Source: a virus. Taken from it: 64,000 nucleotides of DNA. Location of the stretch: the IMG/VR virus record IMGVR_UViG_3300027917_002335, positions 35,502 to 99,501 of that record, one strand, 5' to 3'. The position numbers and the translations under genes are program-made. The notes under the pieces were generated by a model, which made no database searches, was not told the DNA's origin, and worked only from the letters and a program-made list of their open reading frames with translations. Shown here piece by piece: positions 31,221-42,069 of the stretch; within the stretch, counting starts at the first letter, position 1; each line of letters opens with the position of its first letter.

Positions 31221-31663
31221 TGAGCTTACAAAGATTTATGGATGGAGTTTTTGAAGGAATTTGGGACACAAAAGATTTCAAAACAGATAAGTTTATTGCG
31301 TGGGATATAGGTTCGGAGATTGTAATTAATCGGAATTTTTTTCCCGATGATATAAGAATTTATACAGAATATAAAACAGTTCAAATGGTTTATTCTTATA
31401 AAACTGGCGTATGTATTGAATGGAACGGAAACTATTTCTTTGCTAATATGATAAAGAAATATATTGAAGAAGGATTTCAAAACAAACCTGTTGAAATAAG
31501 ATTTTTTAGGGCTGGTTTAGTTTATATGGAGTTTAAGATAGATGAAACTTACTCCTTTGTTGTTCAACAAATTATGGATTACGATGGTAAAGGAGATTTA
31601 AAACCAATACCATTTGACAAAGTATTTAAAAATGTAACAATTTCAAGTGATATGGAATTATGA
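31214..31663 (+). CDS. hypothetical protein with C-terminal DMEL tag; paralog of 51662-52129
   Basis: Ends ISSDMEL; shares GN.FF...I...E..F.N..VE...FK.DE.Y with 51662-52129. Confidence 0.75.
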   Translation: MVMSLQRFMDGVFEGIWDTKDFKTDKFIAWDIGSEIVINRNFFPDDIRIYTEYKTVQMVYSYKTGVCIEWNGNYFFANMIKKYIEEGFQNKPVEIRFFRAGLVYMEFKIDETYSFVVQQIMDYDGKGDLKPIPFDKVFKNVTISSDMEL

Positions 31664-32646
31664 AATATAAGTCAAGTGAAGATGTATGGATAGTAATGTT
31701 TGAAAATGTAGGATATTCTTGGCTTCCTCAATACATTATTAGTGTGTTTGCTGATAAGAAGAGAGCGGAAGAAGAAGTTGCTTATCTGAAAGACAATCCA
31801 AGATTTAAATTTGTCCTACTCGAAAAACAGAAAGTAAATGCTGAAAAAAAGGCGAAGAAAGAAAAATGAGCAAAATAGGAAGAATATTGAAATGGATTTT
31901 TGCAAGACCAAGATGCTTTTTATGTAGAAAGAGATTTCATAAAGGAGACCAAGTTGTAGAATTTTTTGGCGGATTTGCGCACTATACTTGTTTCGATAAA
32001 CAAATGCAAGAAAACGAAGAAAGAGGAAAATGATACTAGGCGAATTATTAAAAACCGAAGGATTTGACAACTTTGAAGAAAAAGAAATAATAAGGCATAT
32101 ACTTTGGGGAATTTTTGAATGGGAAGTACAAAAAAGAATTTATAGAATAAACCGTGAAGGAATTGTTGCCTTAGAAAAATCAATTAACTCGGTTTTTGAG
32201 AAATTCATTAAACCAAGATATAAAGTTAGAGCAACAATTCTTGATCATTCCGACGATGATGCCGCTTGGGGAGTTGCTATGATGGAAAGAAAAATAGATT
32301 TTAAGTTGATAAAAGAATGAGAAGACAACAATACAATCACAAACAATTAAGAAGGAAAAAGAAGCATAAGAAAAGGGATAATAAATATCAAATTCCTCAT
32401 TTGTATCCTTGTGCTAATCCAAAAGCTACTCGAAGATATTTGAGAGATCATAAATGTAAAGTATGTGGAAGATATTTTTATAAATGTGAGTGCGATGACA
32501 AAAATAAGAATAAATTATAATGTGGTTTGTAAAAACTGTGAATATTTTAATGGTTTTCACAATTATTGTGTTAAATATCATGTTCCTACTCGCGGCGATG
32601 ATTGGGGATGTAATAAACACAAAAAAAATAAAAGAGGTTATTTATC

Positions 32647-32898
32647 TTGAGTCCTTATATAAAACTAGAAGGAAGACCAGATATGGATGAAATTGTCGAT
32701 CTTATGGTTAAGAAAGGAGTAAAAGCCAATGGAGATTTAAACTATGTATTGTTTAAATTTGCCAAGTATCACATTACTCCGAGTTATAATAACTATAAGA
32801 ATTTCTGTGGCGAATTACAAGAATGCGCTGTTGAAATTAGACGACAAATTTTAGCGAAGTATGAAAATACAAAAATTAAAGAAAACGGCGATGTATAA
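32647..32898 (+). CDS. conserved small phage protein (PYIK...GDLNY...ENGDV type)
   Basis: Motif pattern recalled from phage hypothetical proteins; function unknown. Confidence 0.6.
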   Translation: MSPYIKLEGRPDMDEIVDLMVKKGVKANGDLNYVLFKFAKYHITPSYNNYKNFCGELQECAVEIRRQILAKYENTKIKENGDV

Positions 32899-33414
32899 TT
32901 AAAATGACACAAATTATAGCAATATTGTATTTATTAGGAGCATTGTTCCTCTGTGCAGGAGCAATACTTGGATTAATACAAGCTTTTAGAGGTTAAAAAA
33001 TGGTAGATTACAACAATCCTCCTCCAGTTTGCCATTTATGTGAGAAGTTTTATACTCCTCTCAAAAATGGTATAGATGTTTTCTTAATGACTGGAGTGGA
33101 TAACAACGAAATATATATATATTGGAGAGCAGATGTATATGAATGTCCAGAATGCCATGTTCAAATTATAACTCGATTTGGTGCTCCACAACATTATTTT
33201 GAAAATAAGGAGAAAATAAAGGCAATATATAAATCTGCCAAAATGAGAGGAACTATAGTTGAAGTAACATGAAATTAGAAAAAGAAGAATACGCTAGTTT
33301 AGGAGATGGTAAGTTAATGAAAACTCTTGCTATTCACCTTATACCAGAAGATGAAGAAGACGAAAGAATTATAAGAGAAATACATATTTCTAAACTTGGA
33401 GATATGATATATTT

Positions 33415-33801
33415 ATGAATGAACCAAGAATCTTATTAATTGGAAGATGGAGTCCATTTCATAATGGACATAAAGCCTTAGTCGATTCTTTCTTAAAAGT
33501 TGGAAAGAAAGTACTTATAGCAATAAGAGAAACGGAGGAGAAATATCCTGTGTCTCTTAGAATGATGATGATAAAACAAGTTTATCCTAGCGATGAAATT
33601 GTTCAAGTTATAAGTATTCCAGATATAGAGGGAGTTGCGATAGGCAGAGATGTTGGCTACTATTTTGTAGAAGTACCAGAAGATATAAAAACAATTTCGG
33701 GAACAAAAATCAGAGCAGGAAAGAGTATGGATGTTCCAGATGAAGTAAAAGAAATATTAGATTTTTGGGAATCTACCGGAGAAATGTTGGGATATTTCTA
33801 A
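33415..33801 (+). CDS. HxGH nucleotidyltransferase (cytidylyltransferase-like; possible minimal ATP sulfurylase)
   Basis: GRWSPFHNGH, GRDVGY and ISGTKIR. Confidence 0.8.
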   Translation: MNEPRILLIGRWSPFHNGHKALVDSFLKVGKKVLIAIRETEEKYPVSLRMMMIKQVYPSDEIVQVISIPDIEGVAIGRDVGYYFVEVPEDIKTISGTKIRAGKSMDVPDEVKEILDFWESTGEMLGYF

Positions 33802-33808
33802 AAATAAA

Positions 33809-33824
33809 CTATTTAAATCTTTTC
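33809..33824 (-). promoter_or_regulatory. BRE/TATA-like motif oriented antisense (GAAAAGATTTAAATAG)
   Basis: Same motif as 11928 and 19501, but no minus-strand ORF downstream. Confidence 0.35.
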
Positions 33825-33971
33825 TTTATTTTTTTATTAATTAGTTAATTTTAGAATAATAAATATAGTATTTTTTATGCTCACATTTAAAAAGGTTTAA
33901 AAGAACTATTAATTAAAGAAAAAAGTAAAATTATAGATCAAAAGTAAATTCGTCTAATTTTATGTAAAAAT

Positions 33972-35093
33972 TTGGGAGAAAAAATGATGATAGAGAACGC
34001 CCTTAAAAGTCCATTGAAAACGCATTCTGATTATAGTTACCAGCGATTTTGTAAAAATGTTAAAAAGTTAGTTTTCCAAAATAGATTTACCATAGATGAG
34101 ATTGCTAAAATGACAAAGCGTTCTGTTGAAGAATGTGTCGAAGCATTTGAAATCTACACTGGGAAAAAATTACCTGCTACATTTCTGATTGCTGGAAATG
34201 AAAGGCAAATAAATGAACTCAGAAAACTCATCCTCCAAAAACAAAAAATCCTTCTCTTCGGAAAAAACGGGGTAGGTAAATCAACTATACCGAAAAAATT
34301 GGCTCAAGAATTAGGTTGGAGAATTGTTTATTCATACCCCACAAATAATGAAGAGCTTTTAGTAGATTTCTCTGAACTTCCCCTCAAGACAAAGAACACA
34401 ATCTTTGTTATTGAGGGGGACTCCTTTTATTGGAGGAGTTATGGATTAATAAATCACTATATTAAAGAATCTAAAAATCCAATAATTATTATTGTAGATA
34501 AATCTGATAAGGTTCACGCTACAGTAAGAAAACAATTAGTAACAGTAAAATTATCTTCACCAACAAGAGAAGATGTAAAGAAATGGGTGGAAAGAAAATA
34601 CCCAGATTGGAAGGGAAATATTAATGATGTGTATGACGAGAATATGCGAGTCACACTCCGAAATATTAAGTATGGGATAAAAACCTATAAACCTTCTAAG
34701 GAAGAGAAGCTGGACGCCCAGCAAGTAGCATACCGTGTGATACAAGGAAAGGCAACAGTCCAGGACTTCGAAAATTGTATACATCCTTTTGATTGGATAC
34801 TTAGTTGGATAGGATATAATGCCTATACTTTTTATTACGGCACAGATGTTCAAGATTTAATGTCTTGGATTGATGACAAAAAATATAATTTTAAACCTGA
34901 TTATCTCAGAGGTTGTCTTCTTAATTTGAGAAAGCCTGATAAAAGAGGAAAGTTAAAATTTCCTCCACAAGGATTTAAACCTAAAAAGGAAGATGAGGAA
35001 GATTGGATTAAAGAAAAACGAAAAATTAAAAAAATTAAGAAGGAAGAACCTCAACCTAAAGTTTTTAAGTTTGCAGGAGATATGGAACTGTGA
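33972..35093 (+). CDS. rfcL: replication factor C large subunit-like clamp loader, C-terminal DMEL tag
   Basis: Walker A GKNGVGKS, LAQELGW, degenerate Walker B (FVIEGD), WI..N collar-like region, charged tail ending FAGDMEL. Confidence 0.7.
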   Translation: MGEKMMIENALKSPLKTHSDYSYQRFCKNVKKLVFQNRFTIDEIAKMTKRSVEECVEAFEIYTGKKLPATFLIAGNERQINELRKLILQKQKILLFGKNGVGKSTIPKKLAQELGWRIVYSYPTNNEELLVDFSELPLKTKNTIFVIEGDSFYWRSYGLINHYIKESKNPIIIIVDKSDKVHATVRKQLVTVKLSSPTREDVKKWVERKYPDWKGNINDVYDENMRVTLRNIKYGIKTYKPSKEEKLDAQQVAYRVIQGKATVQDFENCIHPFDWILSWIGYNAYTFYYGTDVQDLMSWIDDKKYNFKPDYLRGCLLNLRKPDKRGKLKFPPQGFKPKKEDEEDWIKEKRKIKKIKKEEPQPKVFKFAGDMEL

Positions 35094-35532
35094 TAATACA
35101 AAAAGAACATTGGGATAAAGATAAAGCTCAAGTTTTCAAAGACATAGACGCTATTAAGAAAAAAGTTGAAGCGTTTGGCTATGGTCATCCTATTGCTATG
35201 ATTAGAAGTGAATATCTTAAATCCTTAGAAAAAACAAGAAAAATGTTTGAGGACGAAATGAAAAAAGCCTCTGATAAATGGGCTTCTCCTTTCGCAGCAA
35301 TTACTCTTCCAGATGACATGAAACTTGAATTTATTGATCCGGCTTACGGAACAGGAGTTTTTGGATTAAGCGGAGTTGTAATGGCAGAAACAAGAGAACC
35401 TGATTTAACTATTAAAGTTAATATTACAGATCACGATGGAACACCTGTAGATTTACAAAACTGTGAAGTTAAAATTGTAGATAAAGAAAATGGTATTATT
35501 GAAATTACAAAATATAAAAAGGTAAAATTAAA

Positions 35533-35844
35533 ATGAGCTTTTGGGAAAAATTTAAGGCTGGTTGTAGTTGGTTGTATGGAAAGGCAAAAGCAGGAATTAT
35601 TGCCGCAGGTAAATGGTTAAAAAAGAAATTACCTATTTTAGGTGGGTGGATTTTAAGTGGATGTAAATTAGCAATTAAACTTGCTAAGGGAGCAATTTTT
35701 GGAGCTTATTATGGAATGAAAGATGGCTATAATGCTTGGAAAGAAACTCCTAGTTATGAACCATGTACTTGCATATCATTTGAGTATTTAGCTGATGATA
35801 TACTCGATGATCCTGAGCCAGAACCTGAACCAGTGATTGAATAA
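35533..35844 (+). CDS. amphipathic-helix protein with PEPEPEP tail
   Basis: W/K/G-rich amphipathic repeats. Confidence 0.55.
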   Translation: MSFWEKFKAGCSWLYGKAKAGIIAAGKWLKKKLPILGGWILSGCKLAIKLAKGAIFGAYYGMKDGYNAWKETPSYEPCTCISFEYLADDILDDPEPEPEPVIE

Positions 35845-36479
35845 TGATTATAGGATTGTGTGGAAAAAAACGGAGCGGAAAAGACACAGCAGCAGAATAT
35901 TTGTGTTTTGCTTATAAATTTACAAGGTATGGTCTTGCTGATCCGATGAAAAAGGCAGTAAAAGAAATCTTCTTATTATCAGATGACCAATTGTGGGGAG
36001 ATTTAAAGGAAGCATTAGATGCTCGTTATAACACTACTGCAAGGAAATTACTCCAAGTTTTTGGTACTGAATTATTTCAATATGATATTTATAAGCATAT
36101 TCCAGAATTATCAGTAGAACCAAGAAAATTATGGATTAATAGATTTGTATTGTGGTATCGTTATAAACAGGGCGGTATTCCTATTCATTTCATTAATTCA
36201 TTAAATAATGAAATAATGTATAATGACGCCCCCTTGGATGTCGTTATAAGCGATGTTCGTTTTCCGCACGAAGTTGATGTAATCCGCGAAATGGGCGGAA
36301 TAATTGTGAAAATTGACAGAACATGCGTTGATTGTACTGACTGTCACGCTAGCGAAACAGAGATGGATAAAATAGAACCAGATTATATTATTGATAATAA
36401 TGGTTCAATAAAAGATTTAGAACACAATTTAGATATACTTATAGAGGGTATAAAACGAAATGAAAAGAATAGTAAATAG
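35844..36479 (+). CDS. deoxynucleoside monophosphate kinase (T4 gp1-like)
   Basis: IIGLCGKKRSGKDT, ADPMK, R.LLQ.FGTE, SDVRF..E and H.SE. Confidence 0.9.
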   Translation: MIIGLCGKKRSGKDTAAEYLCFAYKFTRYGLADPMKKAVKEIFLLSDDQLWGDLKEALDARYNTTARKLLQVFGTELFQYDIYKHIPELSVEPRKLWINRFVLWYRYKQGGIPIHFINSLNNEIMYNDAPLDVVISDVRFPHEVDVIREMGGIIVKIDRTCVDCTDCHASETEMDKIEPDYIIDNNGSIKDLEHNLDILIEGIKRNEKNSK

Positions 36480-37113
36480 ATTTGTAACTCCTCACGCCAT
36501 TAAATACAAGGCTCGTGAAAAGCTAATAATGGAGAGAACCAAAGCTGGTCATAGAGGACCTATTGGAGCTATTCGTCTAACTGCTGATAGAACTGTTGAG
36601 GCTTTTCTTGATTACTTTGATATGTTAGGCTCAGATGGTTGGATTTATTCTGGAATTTGTGAAGATCCAGATCTTCCCTATGGTGGGGTTCATGTATTCT
36701 ATAAATGGGTTGAAGACGATGGTTTTAAATCAACCATTGAAGAACCAGAAATTATAGATGAACAACCTCTTTCTGCTTCTGAAGTTTATGAAAGAGAAAG
36801 AGAGAGACAAGAACTTTTAAAACAAACAACCGATCCTAGACAAATATCGGATGCAAGATTAAATGCTGAGATGATGGCACGACAAGAACCAATTAAGGAT
36901 TTAGATGAAGATAGCGATATCTTAGAAGAATTAGATTATGCAGTTCATCACGAAGAAGTTATGGAAGACGAAGATCCAAAGAAAATTAGGTTTGAATTAT
37001 ACAAACAGTATGAAGAAATCAATCCTAATAAGAAAGCTGTTTTTAGAGGCAAAGAAACACAAGGATTTACAGAATGGTTGGAATCACAACAGGAAAAATG
37101 GGCTAAAAAATAA
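36460..37113 (+). CDS. hypothetical protein with C-terminal A(V/I)xRG..T..F.EW microdomain
   Basis: 217-aa ORF; motif shared with 43013-43285. Confidence 0.7.
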   Translation: MKRIVNRFVTPHAIKYKAREKLIMERTKAGHRGPIGAIRLTADRTVEAFLDYFDMLGSDGWIYSGICEDPDLPYGGVHVFYKWVEDDGFKSTIEEPEIIDEQPLSASEVYERERERQELLKQTTDPRQISDARLNAEMMARQEPIKDLDEDSDILEELDYAVHHEEVMEDEDPKKIRFELYKQYEEINPNKKAVFRGKETQGFTEWLESQQEKWAKK

Positions 37114-38090
37114 TGAACCTTGATGTGAAATACCGTCCGAGAACCTTTAAGGAATTTAAAGGCAACGAACGGATTATTAGGGATATAAAAGCCTTACTCA
37201 AAGTTGGAGATTTACCACACCTTATGTTTGTTGGACCTCCAGGAACTGGTAAAACAACACTAGCACTTCTTATTGCTCGAACAGTATTAGGAAGACCTAT
37301 TCATATTAATACTCGTGATGGCGATCCAGATTTTAAAGAGTTAAATGCTTCTAGTGCAAGAGGAATAGATGTTGTAAGAGAAGTAATAGAAGAATACGCT
37401 AGGGTTAAACCATTAGAAGGTACTCCTTATAGATTTATTTTATTAGATGAAATAGATTCTTCTACTCAGGAATTTCAACACGCCCTACGACCTGTTATTG
37501 AAAAGAATGAAGATAGATGTAAGTTTATTCTATGTTTAAACAGGATTCAAGGAATAAAAGAACCAGCTTTAATTTCTAGGTGTGCAACATTCTTTTTTGA
37601 AAAGCCTAATACTGATGTAACAGCTAGCTTGTTACTTGAAATAGCTGAGAAGGAAGGAGTTAAATTTGAGGATGAACAATTAGCTTATGATGTAGCAGAA
37701 TATTATGAAGGAGACTTGCGCCATATTCTCAACGATTGTTTAGAAACATTAAGAGGATATGATGAGGTAATAACTAAAGATCATTTATGGAAAGTCTATG
37801 AGAAAAATGGAAAATCAGTTGCTTCAAGAGTATATGAATCTGAAAATCCAAAGGAAGAATTCTTTACAATATATAGGAAAGAAGCCTTTGATGTTAGAGA
37901 GTTTTTGGAAGAATATTTCAAGCTCTTAGGAGATAAAGGGATTCCGCACTCGAAAGAGATTTCCAAGATAGACGCAAGAATTAGAAATTATTGTAATGTA
38001 CCAATACAAATGAGTTATTTTTTCTCGTTATTTGAAAACGAAGGTGAAAAAGAGGATGGAATTAAGACTAAGTTTAAAAAACCCTTCTGA
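37113..38090 (+). CDS. rfcS: replication factor C small subunit
   Basis: KYRP, GPPGTGKTT, ELNAS..RGIDVVR, LDEID, ALISRC and GDLR. Confidence 0.95.
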   Translation: MNLDVKYRPRTFKEFKGNERIIRDIKALLKVGDLPHLMFVGPPGTGKTTLALLIARTVLGRPIHINTRDGDPDFKELNASSARGIDVVREVIEEYARVKPLEGTPYRFILLDEIDSSTQEFQHALRPVIEKNEDRCKFILCLNRIQGIKEPALISRCATFFFEKPNTDVTASLLLEIAEKEGVKFEDEQLAYDVAEYYEGDLRHILNDCLETLRGYDEVITKDHLWKVYEKNGKSVASRVYESENPKEEFFTIYRKEAFDVREFLEEYFKLLGDKGIPHSKEISKIDARIRNYCNVPIQMSYFFSLFENEGEKEDGIKTKFKKPF

Positions 38091-38358
38091 ATTGGCATTG
38101 TTAAAAGAAGTCACCAAAGCATTAGGAAACTATACTCGATTAGCTATTTTAGATTTAATTGCTAAAGATACCACAGGCAATTTAAACTATGGAGAATTGG
38201 CAAACAAATTGAAGAGAAGTCCTACTGCTATTACAAATCATATGGGTTTGTTAAGGAGAAGCAAGTTGACAGAGGATATGATAGTAGAAGGGAAAAGAGG
38301 TAAAATGCAAAAACTTCCACAATTAAAATATGACAAAATAGTTATTGAGTTAAAATGA
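38056..38358 (+). CDS. ArsR-family winged-HTH regulator
   Basis: KALGN.TRL.IL, ELA..L..SPTAITNHM..L; probable start MELRL at 38056. Confidence 0.8.
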   Translation: MELRLSLKNPSELALLKEVTKALGNYTRLAILDLIAKDTTGNLNYGELANKLKRSPTAITNHMGLLRRSKLTEDMIVEGKRGKMQKLPQLKYDKIVIELK

Positions 38359-39197
38359 ATGACTACGACTTCATGCCACAAACTCCAGAAGATATAAACT
38401 CTCCTGTGTTAGTTCCGTTTGGTCACGATAGTACAATTATAAGATTGTTGCTTGATTTAGAAAAAGATGTATATGTGGCACCTCAATATAAATTCTGGGG
38501 AACAAGGTTGCAAATATTATTGAAGAGACATCCTAGTAAATATACACTCGATTATATTCAAGAGAAAATAAACAGTGAATATACTGGTGTAGTTACGAAG
38601 AGTAAATATAGACATCTATTCAATACTCTTTTTAATGAAGAAACTGCCGAGTTCATAGATAAAATTTACCAGATTGAATTCGATCAAAAAGAAAAAGATA
38701 TCGTTATTTTCTTATTAACCTATGAACTTGAACGAAGGAGTGATGATCTATATCAATTCAAAAAAACGACTCTAAATTTAGAAGTATTGAATGATATATT
38801 TGAAAATTTACTCGATTATTTTGATTTTCTAGTTGATGTTAAAAATATGAGAGTATATATCCTAAAAGATGAATTAAGCAATCAAAAGTTTGGTGGAGTT
38901 GTGGATTCTTTATATAGGAACGCAAGGTATTATACGCCACAATATTTAGGATTTGTTTCTGTATTTACAGGAGAAGTAGAACATGTAAAAAGCTGGGAAG
39001 ATAGACTCCAACATGTTGCAGAACATAATTTAATACATGGAGGAAGAATTTATTTGCCCGACTATCCAAGTGAATATAAAATTAAGATAGATAAAATGTT
39101 AAATAAATTAAATTATAAGAAAGAAAGTTTGTTTGTTTGGCGTAGACCAGATATCAAGGTAAATAAAATTACAAAAGGAATAAAAAGGTATTTTTAA
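38355..39197 (+). CDS. hypothetical protein in replication operon
   Basis: 280-aa ORF; no motif recognised. Confidence 0.7.
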   Translation: MNDYDFMPQTPEDINSPVLVPFGHDSTIIRLLLDLEKDVYVAPQYKFWGTRLQILLKRHPSKYTLDYIQEKINSEYTGVVTKSKYRHLFNTLFNEETAEFIDKIYQIEFDQKEKDIVIFLLTYELERRSDDLYQFKKTTLNLEVLNDIFENLLDYFDFLVDVKNMRVYILKDELSNQKFGGVVDSLYRNARYYTPQYLGFVSVFTGEVEHVKSWEDRLQHVAEHNLIHGGRIYLPDYPSEYKIKIDKMLNKLNYKKESLFVWRRPDIKVNKITKGIKRYF

Positions 39198-39198
39198 T

Positions 39199-40527
39199 AT
39201 GGAGCTAGATTTACACACAAAGAAAGTTTTAGAAAATTTAGCTAAGTCTTTTGAGAAAGATTTCTCCAAGGTGGTTGAACTTTTTGAATATGCACGGGAG
39301 AAAATCGCTGAAGAGACAGGCAAGAAAGAGCCCAAACTTAGCATCGCTGCTATACATGTAACAAGGGCTAAGCTAACAGAGCTTCAACAAGAAACTGGAA
39401 AAGAAATAAATATTATTATATTTGGAAAAGATCCTAGTAGAGATTCCAATGCTTCACTACGAAAACAGATTCTTGCTGACTTCTGGAATAATCCAGAATC
39501 AAGACGAAAAGTCGTTGAGCAAGGAAAAGTTATGGTAATGAAAGCAGGTAAGGGAGATCCTACTAAAGATTTTCATTCAGTTTATAAGCCTGTTACAAAG
39601 ATTATAGAATCAGTAGAAGTTGACGGAGAAACAGTCGTAACAAAGGGAGAGATTTGGGATCCTGCATTGGTTATCGATCCTATTTGTAGAGACTTTAGAA
39701 AGTTCTTAGATGATGACGAGAATGTAGAGAATTGGAATTATACCAAACCGTTATTAGAGAATTGGCGTACTACTTATTTTGGAATTGGTTATTTTGAAGA
39801 CACTCCAGATCTAACCAAGAAAGTTCAACTAAGATTTTTTGGTGATAGTGCTGATCCTCATAGTGGACAATTTGTAGGTAAACGAATTGATTTCTTTATT
39901 CCATATAAAGTGAAAGTAACAGTAAATGAAAATTTAAGCACAGAAGATTGTTATTCTGTATCTGCTAAAAATGTTCCTGTTCCATCTGGAGATGTTGATA
40001 TTGACATTATAGCAATGTTAGAAGCAATTAACACAATGCATAGAGCCAGATTAGAAGCAAAAGGAAAGAAACCATTAGATTTAATTCCTATTGTTGATAT
40101 GGCTGATTTAAAGAAATGGCATTTAGAACGCAGAGCTAGGAAAGATGTTGATGGAAACATAATGAAATCAGATTCCGGCTGGGATTTAACAAATTGGGAT
40201 GAATATTGTGTCATAGATCAAGTTACCTATCTTGGTTTGAGAGAATTTTCAGAAGGATACAAACCAGCAGTACTTCAACACGATTCAACTGGTAGGCGTT
40301 CTTTCTTTGTTAATTATGACAACGATATTAATATGAATGTTCCTGTACCAGCAGATATATTGATTTGTGTTAAGACTGGAAGAGGTCTATCTTCTTATGA
40401 TAGAGAATCAAGAACCAAAGTAGAACTTTCTGACGATCCAGATTTGTCAATTAACATTTGTGGATTGAAAACTTTAGAGAGTTATGAGAAGATTATCTTT
40501 CCAAAAGAGGTTACTGGTGACTTGTAA
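39199..40527 (+). CDS. hypothetical protein, possibly ssDNA-binding (OB-fold) protein
   Basis: Lies between RFC and the ATPase/clamp/PolB genes; helical N-terminus then beta-rich; function inferred from context only. Confidence 0.4.
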   Translation: MELDLHTKKVLENLAKSFEKDFSKVVELFEYAREKIAEETGKKEPKLSIAAIHVTRAKLTELQQETGKEINIIIFGKDPSRDSNASLRKQILADFWNNPESRRKVVEQGKVMVMKAGKGDPTKDFHSVYKPVTKIIESVEVDGETVVTKGEIWDPALVIDPICRDFRKFLDDDENVENWNYTKPLLENWRTTYFGIGYFEDTPDLTKKVQLRFFGDSADPHSGQFVGKRIDFFIPYKVKVTVNENLSTEDCYSVSAKNVPVPSGDVDIDIIAMLEAINTMHRARLEAKGKKPLDLIPIVDMADLKKWHLERRARKDVDGNIMKSDSGWDLTNWDEYCVIDQVTYLGLREFSEGYKPAVLQHDSTGRRSFFVNYDNDINMNVPVPADILICVKTGRGLSSYDRESRTKVELSDDPDLSINICGLKTLESYEKIIFPKEVTGDL

Positions 40528-40829
40528 TGAGTGAAGAAGTAAATTTAGATATGGATAAAGACGAACTAGATGCAGTAGTTGGCAGAATGATAAAAAAATT
40601 TGAAAACGAAGACGAAAAACTAACCAACTTAGATGTAATTTTTATTTTAAAATCAATTAGAAGAGCATTGAGATGGTAAATATGGCTACAACTAATAGAG
40701 TTAGTCTAATTGCAAGTCTATTGGATGAAATGATAAACAATCCAAACTGTCAATACTTAAAGCTAAGTCTTTATTTTGATGGTATTAAATTAGATTTAAC
40801 TGCTAAAACAACTGTAGTAGAGGAAGATA

Positions 40830-41825
40830 ATGAGCTTCAGTAAATTTACCAAACCTGCAGTACATGTTGATGATGAAGAATTAAAGAGAAGTATTTCTTA
40901 TAAGAAGATTCAACCTGATGCAAAGTTTGGTCTTAATATAGCTCTAATTGCGCCTGCTGGATTTGGAAAAACTCTCATGTCTACTGCTTTTGGCTATTTC
41001 AATTCAAAGTATATGGATAGATTGGACAAGGAGAAATTTCCTTACTCCATTCGTTTGTTAAAGGAAGGACACATGTCAGAAGTAGAGAAGATTGTTATCC
41101 ATGATTTAGATAATGGATACCACAAAGCAATGTCTCGTGGAACATTTAAGAGGATATTAGAACCTTTAGTTCCTATAATAGATGTTGTTGAGTTTGATAT
41201 TCCAGAAAGGGATGTAGAAGTTGAATTAGGAAAAACAAAATCTGTAAGAATAGATGAACTTTTAAAAGCAAAGAGAGAAGTAGAAGACGCGGCTAAAGCA
41301 GCAGTTGCTGATTTTGGCTCAGAAGTTTTATGGATAGTAGATTCTCTTAGTGAATATTACCAAGTCCTGGACTCTATGTTCTCTATTGTCTATGAAGCAG
41401 TCTATGATAAAGAAGTTGGTTCTCGTGTGGAGAATCAGAAAGACTGGCAAATCCGAAACGCTTGGTGGAATGAATATATGAAGCGTAAAAGGAAATATAA
41501 AGGATGGCAAATAGACAATGTTAAAGCAGTACCAATTCCACCTCATTGGGTTAAGAAAAATGATCCAGATCCATACAACATTAAATGGGCTGAAGGAAGT
41601 GGAGGCAATGCTTTTAATTTAGACCAAGTTTATAGATTACATAAAGACGCTGAAGGATTTCCTTATTTCAACTTAATAGATGGAAGATATAAAAGTAAGA
41701 TAGCAACAGATAATATAGAGCTATATTATGCGTATGACAAAAGAGATGTTGCTTTCTATATAATAGAACACATAGCAAAATATATAATTGAAGGATCAGA
41801 AATAAAAGAGGAAGAACTATGGTAG
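40830..41825 (+). CDS. RecA/Sak4-like P-loop ATPase
   Basis: Walker A APAGFGKT, HDLDNG and Walker B WIVDSLS. Confidence 0.7.
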   Translation: MSFSKFTKPAVHVDDEELKRSISYKKIQPDAKFGLNIALIAPAGFGKTLMSTAFGYFNSKYMDRLDKEKFPYSIRLLKEGHMSEVEKIVIHDLDNGYHKAMSRGTFKRILEPLVPIIDVVEFDIPERDVEVELGKTKSVRIDELLKAKREVEDAAKAAVADFGSEVLWIVDSLSEYYQVLDSMFSIVYEAVYDKEVGSRVENQKDWQIRNAWWNEYMKRKRKYKGWQIDNVKAVPIPPHWVKKNDPDPYNIKWAEGSGGNAFNLDQVYRLHKDAEGFPYFNLIDGRYKSKIATDNIELYYAYDKRDVAFYIIEHIAKYIIEGSEIKEEELW

Positions 41826-42069
41826 AATTTAGAAACCCAAGTGGAATAGAATTCAAAGACATAGATGATGAAGAATTCAGAGTCTATACTTTTGTTAGAG
41901 ACGGAAAAATCTTTTATGTAACAATTCGAGAACCTCTCAAAATAAATGTAAGCCAATCTGGAGGTCATAGATTATTTGACGCTAATGGAGATTGTCATTA
42001 TATTCCAGCAGGTTGGATACATTTAAGATGGAGAGCTAAAGAAGGATCAGATCATTTTAGGTTTTAAAC

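Noticed and set aside
31649-31663. GATATGGAATTATGA read as a DNA-level repeat, RBS or recombination site instead of a peptide tag
   Set aside because: Several copies do overlap the next start codon. However, the copies differ only at synonymous positions and stop codons, are always in frame at the C-terminus, and share an upstream hydrophobic residue with different codons. The peptide explanation fits better, though a dual role is not excluded.
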